Below, piece after piece: positions 25,194-36,073 of a DNA stretch of 64,000 nt. Under the pieces are notes generated by a model that saw only the letters and a program-made list of their open reading frames with translations, made no database searches and was not told where the DNA came from. A program made the position numbers and the translations under genes. Numbering within the stretch: the first letter of the stretch is position 1; each line of letters begins with the position of its first letter. The DNA comes from Vicugna vicugna (lineage: Eukaryota): assembly GCA_013265495.1 (NCBI GenBank), contig MU057930.1, positions 195,599-259,598 of the forward strand, given 5' to 3'.

Positions 25194-27153
25194 CTGTAAG
25201 AGATCCAGGACGCGGCTCCCTCGCTGGCAGGGACAAGAGGGATTCGATGCGGTTCAGCCCACCCTGGTGGTCAGACCGGGCTGCTCAACACGGGCCACGT
25301 CCATTAGCGTAACTGTCACAACGGCCTGACACAGCGGCACCGTACAGTTATCACCTTTGTTTTTCAAACCGGGCACTTCAGGAGGTCCCAGGGGCGAGAT
25401 GCTCAGAGCTCTGTTGAGGACCACGCTCTGAGGCAGGATCGTCTGCTGGAGACGCCCTGGTCCCCCTCCCCGGAGGGTGCAGCCCACCTTCCCCCAGACC
25501 ATGATAGCAGGGAGCGCTGGTCGGCGTCATGGCACCGGGCGGTGTGACTCTCCACGTGCAAACCTCCCAGGGGTCTCGGGACAATGCACCCCCGAAATGT
25601 GAGGAGGGGGCTGGCTGCCTCGGGGGTCCTTCCAGACCAACGTCCAGGCCTGCAGTTTCTGACAACACCTGTCTGTCACCCCCAAGCCAGCTGCCTCTCA
25701 ACCATCTCCCCGTGAGCCATCCCTCAGCCCAACATCCTGAAACCCCTTTGCCCAGGAAACACGCCCCTCCGCCCCGCCCCTGCAAACACTGTGTCCTTTA
25801 GTCCAAAGTGTTGTCACAGACGGTACCCCGGAGCCCGGATTTCCCCCGAAATCCCTTCCTTAGATTCATATTCAAGTAAGTGCGTTATACACACAATTTT
25901 TTTCCCTTTTATCCAATTAAATGAGACGTGCTTGTGAAATACGCCTCTTCCCAACTCCGTTCCTTAGTCCTTCCGAGCTGTCCAGGGCAGGGCCAAGAGA
26001 CGACCCTGCGTCCGAGGGTCCGCACGCCCGCCCCCGGGGCAGCTCCCAGGCCTGCCCCGGCCTGATGGGGACCGAGACCCGGGGGCCCGGGCAGGAGCAC
26101 ACGCCGGCACCAGGGCGGGGGCCTCCCGGACCGCCCCCCACCCCGAGATACGGGGAAACCGGACCTGGCTCAGGACCACGACCTCAGCATCGCAGCTCTG
26201 GTTTAAATCCTGACCGGCTTTTGCTGTTGCTTTTTTGGCCACAGTTGTTCTCCTAGAAATCGCAGCCTTCAGCACCCCCGCCCCCCGGACAGCACCCAAG
26301 AGGCATCCGTTCTGCCGGGCCGCCCCCGGAGACGGCACCTTCCCGGCCCCGGCCGCCCCGTGCGCCCTCGGGGGCACAAACAGCGGGACCCGGGCGCTGC
26401 GGTTTCAAAAATATTTTATTTATTTTTTCCTGGAGTAGCCGTAATGCCTCAGCTGGGCCTCGCCGGCCTGCCTCCGGGCGGGGGGACAAGCGATGACGGG
26501 AGGACACGGAGACGCCGGGCTGCGCGCCGCGCGCCGGAGCCAGGGGCGCACGAAGTGCTCACGCGGCCCCAAGGACAGGGCTGCTTGGGGGGCTGGGGGC
26601 GGGGCGGGGGTGCTGGGCGCTGCTGGGCTGCACACTGCCGGGTACATTCATCGAGACGCACACGCACCCCACGCTGCAGGGCCCACCTGAATTTTCATCG
26701 GGTCCGCCTCAGAGTTTCAACAAAGCCGAGGGGAAAACAAACAAACAAACAAACAAACAAAAAACCGCACAAAACAAAACAACAGCTCCAAGTCCTCGGT
26801 GGCTGCCGTCCTCGCCGATGCAGTGTAGAAAGTGCCCAGGGGCGTCGTTTAGAGTTCAGAGAGAAAGAAGGCTAGGTTCGTTTCTAGAACTTTCCAGAAC
26901 TTTCTCTTCTTCCAGGTGCAAAGTCTCCAGCCTGTGTTTTAGAGGGTCATTCTTTGCCTCCAGGTCACAGTCTCTTATTGCAGCAGACGGACGGATAAAA
27001 AGACTTGGGGTGGGGTGGCCACCAGGAGGACGGGGGTTGGGGTTCCCCCTCGAGCGTCCACACACAGGACAAAGCCGGAAAGCACTGGGCGTGGTGGTTT
27101 GACGATGTGAGGTTGCATCTGAGGACTGAGGGTCAGGCACCAGGTGCACCTAC

Positions 27154-27680
27154 CTTAACGATGGTGTCATCTGAAGAGGACTGTCCTCCGGACGCGGCTG
27201 GCCAGGGCTGCCCTACTGGTCATGCGGACCCCCATGAGTCACAACTGCACACGAGGGGAAGGCTGATGAGGGCGTCACGGCAGACCGGGGCCAGGCGGGC
27301 AGGCGGACAGGGTGGCTGGGGTGGGAGCCCAAGGGGGTGTGGACGTGAAAGATGCCAGCATGGCCCCAGAGGTGACACTGCCCGGGAGTCTTGACCGCCT
27401 GGTGATGGCTTGGCGAGGTGAGTGACGGGGGGCGGCCTGTAGGCTCATCACTGCTCCCCCCATCATTCACCCCTGCGGTGTGGCTGGGATGGCGTGCTGG
27501 TCGGCACTCTCCAGAGCAGGGCCGAGCGGGGACTTCAGGGATGGCAGCCTCTGTGCTGGGAGTCTCGGCCCGCCAGCGGCCCACGATGGGGATGTTCTCA
27601 CCACGTATTGGCTTCTACCCGGAGACCAGGTGGACGGAGGGCCCTGCAGCCACCAGACCTTCTCTGTCCCATCAGGGGCC
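27154..27680 (-). pseudogene. Decayed exon of MGA-like relic
   Basis: Long pyrimidine tract ending cctttag|, donor aag|gtaggt. Confidence 0.5.
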
Positions 27681-27944
27681 CTAAAGGGGCATAAAGAGAA
27701 GGGAAAAGAATGCAAGCGTAAGGGGAGAAACGTCAACGGGGAACTGACGGAGCGAAACCTGCCCCATGCTGCTGGGAAGTCAGTCCCCCGGCCCCCGGGT
27801 CCTGGTTCCTGATATCACACTCATAAAAGGAACTGGGGCTCCCTGCAGAAACGGCAAATTCTAGGACCCGGGCTTGGAAGACACAGGGGATGGCTAGAGT
27901 ACCTCATAGTTCCAGAAAGTAAGGGAATGTTCAGAACACACAGT

Positions 27945-28825
27945 GAGCCCTCCTGCACTGTTGCTGGGAATGGAGTTTGCTGCAGCCACTATGAAAAACA
28001 GTATGAAGAGTCCTCAAAAAACTACAAATAGACTTACCGTGTGACCCAGCTCCTGGACATATACCTGGAGGGAACTCTAATTCAAAAAGACACCTGCACC
28101 CCAGTGTTCACAGCAGCACTGTTTACAGTAGCCAAGACATGGAAGCAGCCTAAATCTGTCCATCGACAGATGACTGAATAAAGAAGCTGTGGTATATTTA
28201 TGCAATGGAATACTACTCAGCCATGAAAAATGATGAAACAATGCCATTTGCAGCAGCATGGATGGACCTGAAGAATGTCATTCTAAGTGAAGTAAGCCAG
28301 AAAGAGAAAGAAAAATGCCATATGATATCACTCTTATGTGGAATCTAATAAAAATTGGTACACGTGAACTTATTTACAAAACAGACACAGAGTCACAGGC
28401 GTAGAAAACACACTTATGGTTACCGAAGGGGAGAGGAGGGGAGGGATAAATTAGGAGTTTGGGATTAGCAGATACAAACCACTGTATATAAAATAGATAA
28501 ACAACAAGGACCTACTGTAGAGCACAGGGAACTATATTCAATAGCTTGTAATAACCTATCAATCATAGAAAAGAATCTGATAAAGAACAGATTTATGTAG
28601 GGGGGAGGGTATAGCTCAGGGGTACAGCGTTTGCTTAGCATGCACGAGGTCCTGGGCTCAATTCCCAGTATCTCCATTAAAACAAACAAACAAACCTAAC
28701 TACTTCCACCTCAAACAAATTAAAAAAATAAAAAAAGCTAAAGCAAAAATACAAAATAAAATACTAAATAAAAAAGGATAGATTTATATGTATGTCTGTG
28801 TAACTGAGTCCCTTTGCTGTACACC
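27945..28825 (+). mobile_element. L1 3' segment with a nested SINE, itself inside an older L1MC-type fragment (~27810-28890)
   Basis: ORF2 3' text (cacctgcaccccagtgttcacagcagcac) and 3'UTR. Confidence 0.85.
28600..28775 (+). mobile_element. tRNA-Ala-derived SINE (vic-1 type)
   Basis: gggggagggtatagctcagg...gcttagcatgcacgaggtcctggg; approximate TSD agatttat. Confidence 0.82.
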
Positions 28826-29444
28826 GGGTGGGCGCCTAGGACAGAAAAAGGTCATCAGGGAAGAAGTAGTGAAATCCGAATAAAATTGGGGGTCCAGCTT
28901 TAAAAAAAAAAAGGGAGAAGGAGGGTCTGGACTCATGTGCCTAAGTCACTACCGTGTTCCACTCATGGCTCGTTTTTCTTCGGCGTACGTACGTGTGGCT
29001 GGACCAAGTGGAGCACAAGAGCCGGCCATCCGGGGTGTCTGAGGGCTGAGGAGGTGCTCGGTGCAGCGCAGCAGGGGCATTCCGGGTCCCCAAGGCTGTC
29101 AGGTCACCCCCAAGGCAACGCTTCGTCAGAGAAGGGGACCCTTCTGCTGTGTGGAGTGGGGTGGCTGTGTCCCCCATCAGGGATCGCTCTGGCCGAATAA
29201 TCCTACATGTGCACAACTGGATGGTGGGCAACGCGGATGGGAGAAAGGAGAGGAAGAAGAGGGGCATTCCTCTGGGGCCAGGGGACGGGGACCCCACTAG
29301 GAACAGGGTGGGCGAGCAGAAGACACTGGAACGTCCACCACTGGGGCCACCAGCCACCAGCAGCTACCAAGCTGTTGCAAAGGACTTGTCTGAACTAACA
29401 GGGGCTGCAGGTGTGCAACACACGAGGGTCCGGGACACTCAGCT

Positions 29445-30150
29445 CGTTTTTTACACTGAGGTACAGTCAGTGACAATGTGTCAGTTTCTGGTGCACAGCA
29501 TTGTGTTTCAGTCATACAGATACATCCACAGATTTCTTTTCAAATGCTTTTTCATGATAGGTGACTGCAAGATACTGAATATAGCTCCCTGTGCTGTAAG
29601 GAAGAAACCTGCTGTTTATCCATCTTTAGATACAGTAGTTAATAATATTTGCCAATCTCGATCTCCCGATGTACCCCTTCCCACCCCGTTTCCATCCTGG
29701 TAACCATAAGTTTGTTTTCCAAGCCTGAGATTCTGTTTCCATTTTGCAGAAAATGCTACTTTCTTTGGATGCAGTGATTAAATTAAACATACTCCTTAAA
29801 TGGACTGTATCTTTTTCATGGGGCTGCCACCAAAAAATTGGTTTTTTTCCCCCAGCTTCATTGAGATACAGTTCACATTACAGCATTCTGTCAATTTGAG
29901 GTAGCCAGCNNNNNNNNNNNNNNNNNNNNNNNNNNNNNNNNNNNACATCCATCATGATGACCGTGGTAAGTTCAGGGACCACCTGTCATCTCATTTAGAT
30001 ACCAAATTAAAGCATTTTAAAAATTAGATCAAACATTTTTTGTGATAAGAACTCAGGATTTAGTCTCTTCGCAACCTTCCTATAAATACACTGAAGAATT
30101 AACAGCATCGTATGGTACATTACATCCCTCGTATTTGTTATAACAGGAAG
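29445..30150 (-). mobile_element. L1 3' ends (~29445-29750, plus older ~29845-30150)
   Basis: gtcagtttctggtgcacagc, ggtaaccataagtttgtttt. Confidence 0.7.
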
Positions 30151-30453
30151 TTTGTAAACTTGGTGGCCACCAGAAAATTTTTAATTAGTTATGTGGTTTG
30201 TAGTGTCTTGGATGGTGCTGTTCTAGACCCTGGGAGTGTGGGGTTTCCAAGGAAAATGCAGACAGGGGGCCCCAGGCGCCCCAGTGCCGTGCTAGGCAGG
30301 GCTGCGTCCACGTGACCACGCCCCGCAGAGGACCCCGGGAGCCTGTGCCCGCTGAGGACGGTGCACCAGCCAACCCGCTGCCCCCACGAGCACCCACTCT
30401 GCCTTTGACACAGAGTGCCAGAGTCTTTCCCAGGTAGGATGGTCTGGAACTAT

Positions 30454-31132
30454 TTAATTTAGCTTTTCCAAGGAGTCTAACCCATCAGCCCAAACCAGAA
30501 GGTCCACGTTTACATCCCTGCAGTCCCTAAGTCTGATCCTTCGGGACGGGTGGGTCTCCGCCCATGACTGTGTGTTCCCGGGAGACGGCTGCTCCCAACG
30601 GGGCTCAGTCAGGCGGGGAGCCCATGGGGGGGTCACTGGAGGATCACATACGGTGTTCTCCCCGACCAGCCTTGGAGCCTGGATTTCCACCCCGGCACGG
30701 TCATCGCAGGCTTTCCGACACAATGACTCTAGGAGGTTCCAGGAAAACATGTCAGTGCCCCCCGGGGGAACGGGGTAACCAGGTGGACCCACTCTGTGTC
30801 TCTGCCCCCAGCACAGCTGCCTGCAGGGGCAGGGAGAAGGGCCCCCCTGGGAACAGGAGCCAGGACCACAGGGCGGCCGGCTTCCCATCCAGGGTAAGCA
30901 CGTGCCCGGCGTGGTTTTCCGAGTCTGCATCGACACCCTCTTTTCCTTTTTCTTTGATAAATAAATCCTCAAGGCAGACGCCAGACAGGGGAGACCGTGA
31001 GGCACCTGTATCGGCTTCAGACCTTGGTGGAGGGGGGTGGGTTCCAGCATCGCTGAGACGGGTACCCCCCGGGCGTGGATGAGAGGTGGGGTCCCTAGAA
31101 GACGACTGTGAGGCTGGGATTCAGGGCCACAG
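30454..31132 (-). pseudogene. MGA conserved-domain (DUF4801-type) remnant within ORF 30454-31305
   Basis: GLKPIQV...LRIYLSKKKEKRVSMQTRKT...RPPCGPGSCSQG versus recalled MGA GLSKSQV...PRTYITEERADVSLTTLLT...APPCNNDFCRLG. The upstream pyrimidine tract ends in CAAC, possibly a mutated acceptor. Confidence 0.65.
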
Positions 31133-31645
31133 CGTTGAGGGAGAGAGGGAGGAAGGGGAGGGAGGAGCTGAGCAATGACGGGTCTCAGGCCACACGGGGA
31201 CCCGATGCACGGGGTGGGGGCTCCTGAGTACAAACCACACTGCAGCGTCCAGCACCGGGGCACAGAATTGTGCGCGTCTGTGTGCTCTGTCCACCCGGAG
31301 GGCACTTTCTCCCCAGTTTCCTCCGGAGAACCCTCCTTTGTCCTTCAGAGCTCCGTCAAGGGTTACAGCCCCCGGGAAGCCTCCCAACCCCCTGACGCCA
31401 GTCCCACGTGCGTCCCCACCCCCGCGTGTCCGTGGCACAGAGGGGACGCAGCGCGGCCACCAGGTGTTCCCTGGCACCCGGCCCAGACGTCTGCTCCGGC
31501 ACGGAGCACAGTGTACCGTTATGATCCAATAACCTTGCCGCGTCCCCAGCCGGGAATTCACACGCTGAGCAAGGACGCGCCACATCTGGTAAATGCCGCA
31601 GCTCCTGGGGCACGGCAGGCGCTCGGGAAGGGTCTGCGAGTCGAG

Positions 31646-32027
31646 TGTTCCAGGCTAGTTTGTATCCCCCCCAGCATCACATGCTGAAGCTCTCATCCCA
31701 GGACCTCAGGACGTGGCTGTTTGCAGACGGGGTCTTTAAAGAGGGGAGGGACGTAAATAAAATGAGGTCAGGTCCCACAGGACTGGGGTCCTTGTAAGAA
31801 GAGGAGATGAGGACCCAGACACACACAGAGGGACGGCCACGTGAGGACGCAGGGAGGAGACGGCCGTCCACACACCAAGGGGAGAGGGCTCAGGAGACAC
31901 CAGCCCTGCTCACACCTGGACCTCAGATCCCAGCCTCCCGGCCTGGGAGACATAAATGTGTGCTGTGCAAGCCGCCCCTCCCCAGCCTGGGGTTACTTTG
32001 TTACAGCAGCACAAACAGACTCATACA
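31646..32027 (+). mobile_element. MLT1A/B-type MaLR solo LTR
   Basis: TG...CA ends; ggggtctttaaagag, ccttgtaagaagaggaga, actttgttacagcagc. Confidence 0.8.
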
Positions 32028-32029
32028 AT

Positions 32030-32240
32030 GAATGAACCAAACAGCATATAAATCAGATGCACAGCAAGGACCTAACTGTACAGCACAGGGAACTATATTC
32101 AATACCTTGTCATAACCTACAGTGAAAAAGAATCTGAAAAGCCACATATATATATATATGCACATAACCGAATCACTGTGCTGTACACCTGAAACTAACA
32201 CAACACTGTAAATCAACTAGACTTCAATTAAAAAAAGAAA
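32030..32240 (+). mobile_element. L1 3' end
   Basis: gtacagcacagggaactatattcaatacc...ttcaattaaaaaaa. Confidence 0.8.
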
Positions 32241-32789
32241 CCAAACAGCGCATAAATACAAATCTTAGCTGCGCTGTCCGCGAGGGTAGCCACGAGCCAG
32301 GTGGCTGTTTGTTTAAATGAGTTACAATTCAATTACCATTAAAAAAAAACCCAGGCCCTCCGTGAAGCCACGTGTGTCTAAGTGTCTGGTGGCCACACGT
32401 GGCTGGTGGCACCCGTGGGGGACAGGCCATGTGTGGAGGGGTCTGTCTGTCCATCTGTCTTGCTCCTGGTGAGACTGCTCTCTCTGACCCTGGAGGAAGG
32501 GAGCCCTGTTTGTCTTGTCTGCACACGTGCTCCCCTCCCTGACCAGCTGTCCCCAGACGGAGGCCCTTGGGTGGTGCAGCCATCATGAAATGTTTGTCTT
32601 GTCCCCGCTGGGACCGTGGACAGCCCCTTTTGCTGTGCCAGGGGGAGCGAGTGTTTCAGGCCCAGGGTCAGGCTGGGCTGGGCTGGGCTGGAATCCCACC
32701 TGGGCTCATCTTAGCTGTGTGGCTACGAGCCGTTGCTAAACATCTCTGGGCGTCTGACATTCCGGGGGTAAATGAGACTTTGGGGATCC

Positions 32790-33215
32790 GACAATAGCCC
32801 CAAAGTCGTGGTCCTAATTCCTGGCGTCTGTGGATGGTCCCTCTTGGGGCAAAGAAGATTCTGACAATGTGATTAAGGGTCTGGAGTCGGGGAGGTGAGC
32901 CTGCATGATTGGGTTGGCCTGATGTCATTGCAAAGGTCCTGATAAGAAGGAGGCGGGGTGAGGGGGGATGGGTCAGCGATGTGACTGTGGAAACCGAGGT
33001 CAGAGAGCTGAGTGGCCACCAGCCCAGGGATGTGGCCGCCTCTAAAAGCAGAAAGAGGCCAGGAAGTCGCCTTCCTTAGAACTTCTGTCAACACCTCGAC
33101 TTTATTCCCAGAAGGTTCACTTCTGGAACAGTCCGGCGTCCAGAACGGTAAGAGGATAAATGTGTGACGTTTCAAGCATCTGTTTTCATCACGGCACCCA
33201 CAGGAGCAGAGGGTG
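32790..33215 (+). mobile_element. MLT1C/D-type MaLR LTR
   Basis: gtgattaaggg, ggccaccagcccaggg, ccagaacggtaagaggataaatgtgtg. Confidence 0.6.
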
Positions 33216-33900
33216 TTCCAGCAGAGGATGCAACAGCAGGACCCCACCTGGAGACCAGCACCCGGGACCCTCTGGAACACGGCATCACGGTGAGCAATGG
33301 CAGTGACTAAATTTGGGTTCATGCGTCTTTTCTCATAGTTCACTTGTGGCTTTGTAACAGCACAGCGTCTGTGACCACGTTGTCTCCACTGTCCTGGGTG
33401 AGAACTGGACCAGCCTTTCAAACTATGGGGCAAAGAGCTTCCTCTGGAGAACCTGAAGGTGGGAAGGAGGGGGGTCCCTCAGGGCTGTGGGGATCCAGCC
33501 TTGAACCCCGAGACCCCAGGGGTGAGATGAGATCACATCCCACTGACCCAAACACCAGAGCACCCAGCCCTCTCCCCTAAGTACCAGGAATTCCCTCCAA
33601 AATGTGTATGTGTTTTTCTTTTTGATAAAATAACCCCACACGTTTTTGCATGGAGTCATTGCTTGAACAACTCTCCAACAACACCGGAGGCAGATATCCA
33701 ACATCATCCCTTTTCCTAACACCGGGGTGTTCATATTGCTTTGTTTTCCCTTGGAAATGAGTATCTCCCTAAAGCTGCAAGCCCAGAGGTCCTCTGGGTA
33801 AAAGGCATGTGTGTTCCTCCAGATAACTGCACCTTCACGGAGGATGGGGCGGGTCCGCACCCTTGAGTGCACTACATCACGAGTCAAAAAATACACCCTC

Positions 33901-34480
33901 ATACATACAATAGCCAAGACATGGAAACAGCCTAAATGTCCATCGACAGATGACTGGGTAAAGAAGCTGTGGCATATTTATACAATGGAATACTACTCAG
34001 CCATGAAAAATGATTAAAATGCCATTTGCAGCAACACGGATGGACCTGGAGAATGTCATTCTAAGTGGAGTAAGCAAGAAAGAGAAAGAAAAATATGGTA
34101 TGATATAACTTATATGTGGAATGTAAAAAAGAAAAGAAAAAAGAGGACACTAATGAACTCACCTACAGAAGAAACAGACTCACAGACATACTAAACAATC
34201 TTACGGTTACCAGGGAGAAGGGGACGGGAAGGGATAAATTTGGGAGTTTGAGATTTGAAAATGTTATCCACCATATATAAAGATAGACAAAAACTAAATT
34301 TCTTCTGTAGAGCACAGAGAACTATATTCAATACCTTGGTATAACCTTTAATGAAAAAGAATATGAAAATGAATACATGCATGTATGTGCATGATGGGAC
34401 AGTGTGCTGTGCACCAGAAACTGGCACGTTGTAACTGACTGTACTTCAATAAAAAAAATTTAAAAAAATGTTTTATATAT
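33901..34480 (+). mobile_element. 5'-truncated L1 with TSD ATACACCCTC (33891-33900 / 34481-34490)
   Basis: ORF2 end, 3'UTR and A tail, flanked by an exact 10-bp direct repeat. Confidence 0.9.
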
Positions 34481-35642
34481 ATACACCCTCGGAACCATTC
34501 AGTTGGACCAGAAGTAGTCATTCTGTGGCTTCCACTAGTGACAAAAATTGATATCCCAGGTGACTTCGAGGCTGCCGCGGGACCTCCCGTGGTTGCGCCG
34601 TGTTCGCACCCAGGGATGTGGCGCGCTGCAAAAGCGTGGGGCGAAGTTCCCTCCCCTGGGGATGCCGCAGAGAACCAGGGAAATGTAGGCCCCGAGAAAC
34701 AGGTCACCCGGCTCCAGCAGGAAGTGTCCTCTCTTTATAGCTCCGTGGACTAAATAAAACCATCAGCGCCGACGAACAGGCCGAGGGGACTGCTCTATTC
34801 CTTGAGAAGAATAATTATTTCCTAAATATAATGCTTGCGGTTAAAAAAAAAAAACAGCTCTGCAGCCTAGAAACACTTGAAGGGGAAAAAAAAAGAAAAA
34901 GAAACAGATGTCAAAGAAAAACGTGAACCCCAGACAGATCCTCAAGACCCTCATTCATTTATTTCACAGTGAGATTTTCGTTTCCCGAGGCCCTCGCCAA
35001 CCTGCCTGAAGGGAACGCGGGACGCTTACAAGTCAGTCCGTAAAAGCAAGGACAGGGCTTAAGTGCGGTCAGTTCTGCAACACGGCCGCACACATGGTTC
35101 TCAAATATCCGGGGCAGTGCAGACCCACAACAGACATCCAAGGGTTTAAGGGACAAACAAAATGAGATTAGGGTCCTAACACTTGAGAACGTGGCCACTG
35201 ACGCATCAAAGACAACAAAGAGGGACGGGAACCTAGAAAAATGCTAGCGCACGTTCACACGTGTTAATGGATAAGGCAAACAAAAGGACTACGATGAATA
35301 TGTGCTATTTATTGTTTACGTGTTATGTTGTTGCCTGTGGAGTTACACACTGCAAAGGTCTCAGTGTGTGGGTGATTGTGAGTGGGGAAGTCACTCCGAC
35401 AGTTCTTTTTTTTTTTAAATTGAAGTATAGTCAGTTTACAATGTTGTGACTCTGAAAGTCCTAGTGACAGATGTGGGTGTGTGTGACTCAGATCCACACC
35501 CATGGCCGGCGGGGCTGGCGGGGCGGGTGTCTCTGGCGTGTGCATGTGTGTGCGCGCGCGCGCGTGTGTGTGTAGTGGGTTTAGTTTTTTGGGTTCACGT
35601 AGTATTTCTCGCAGATGAAACCACACACAAGCAAACACATAC

Positions 35643-36073
35643 ACCGAAGGATGTGCAAACGGTTCTCCCCCTCAGTCGAGTTGGAAGAAAGTCATGTTTT
35701 CAAAGCAAGTGACAGAGGAATGCTGCTTGTGGAAGGGCCCCCAGTTCAACGTACTGACCCTCTCATTGTTTTTGTGGTTGTTCATCACAAGGTTATGTGT
35801 TTATTGTTTAACCTTTTCCTCCCAGAAGAGTTTAGGCTACACATGCTGTTTTAAGTACCTGCTTTAGGAACCATTCTATTTGTAACCCTCTCTTTCGACT
35901 CCTCTCTACTATCTCATTCAGGTGTTTTGGTTTTGTTTTTGTGGGTTTTTTTTTTTTTTTGTCTTTCGTTGTCTTGGAATTTTTTGCTGACAGTCAACAA
36001 TGTCCAATGTCCATGCTGAGTTCATCCCCATGAGACTTGCTCCACTGCTATCAAAACAGTACAAGATGAGATA
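35643..36073 (-). pseudogene. Decayed exon of MGA-like relic
   Basis: Acceptor ttatttttccccag|, donor |gtatgt; K/S-rich frame with several stops. Confidence 0.5.
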
